From contig NC_043003.1 in the NCBI RefSeq assembly GCF_006345805.1, positions 84,816,001-84,880,000 of the forward strand: 64,000 nt of DNA, in the 5' to 3' direction. The notes beneath the pieces were generated by a model that was not told the origin of the DNA, did not search any database, and saw only the letters and a program-made list of their open reading frames with translations. This DNA is from Octopus sinensis (taxonomy: Eukaryota). Positions 63,896 to 64,000 of this stretch are shown piece by piece. A program made the translations under genes and the position numbers. Each line of letters opens with the position of its first letter. Within the stretch, counting starts at the first letter, position 1.

Positions 63896-64000
63896 CTGGA
63901 AATATTTAAAATACATATTATTATACAAACAAATCTAATTGCAAATTCATATTCCGTAATAAATATTTGGAATATACTATATATCATTTTATGATTACTC

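Larger units (their letters stand above)
57400..64000. repeat. Diverged tandem/mosaic duplication array (about 1-2.4 kb units), continuing to the window end
   Basis: Shared blocks: (c)attatt..tggctttct at about 60183, 61916 and 63240; catttcaa(c/t)gcataccgaa at about 60652, 62742 and 63708; gaaattatgaa..aa at 58380, 60770 and 62830; block 61250-61610 resembles 62350-62700; atta(a/g)atgttt(c/t)atagtttgaaa at 57481 and 59648. Confidence 0.88.

Overview
AT-rich, microsatellite- and transposon-saturated eukaryotic DNA. The SINE families and repeat landscape look like an Octopus (coleoid cephalopod) genome, which is an inference from repeat recognition. Nearly all long ORFs in the supplied track are microsatellite artefacts. 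(1) A + strand spliced gene, largely missed by the ORF track, was reconstructed by hand. Six exons (4192-4316, 10940-11086, 13852-13936, 17565-17689, 42898-43047, 46313-46512) join in frame through GT-AG introns into about 276 aa: a partial CUB domain, a complete CUB domain, a transmembrane helix and a 31-aa tail. The 5' end was not found. (2) At 57.4-64 kb lies a diverged tandem array of 1-2.4 kb units. Four units carry a homologous minus-strand cassette with a micro-exon-sized AG...GT block of 36, 30, 30 or 21 nt (one copy has GT changed to CT), suggesting a convergent micro-exon gene that runs off the window edge. (3) Mobile DNA includes Dong/R4 LINEs beside (TAA)n tracts (one is a two-element chimera), CR1 and RTE LINE fragments, Penelope remnants with hammerhead ribozyme folds, mariner, Tigger, Chapaev-like, hAT and Helitron elements, several fold-back structures and many SINEs. 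No rRNA, intact tRNA or CRISPR array was found.
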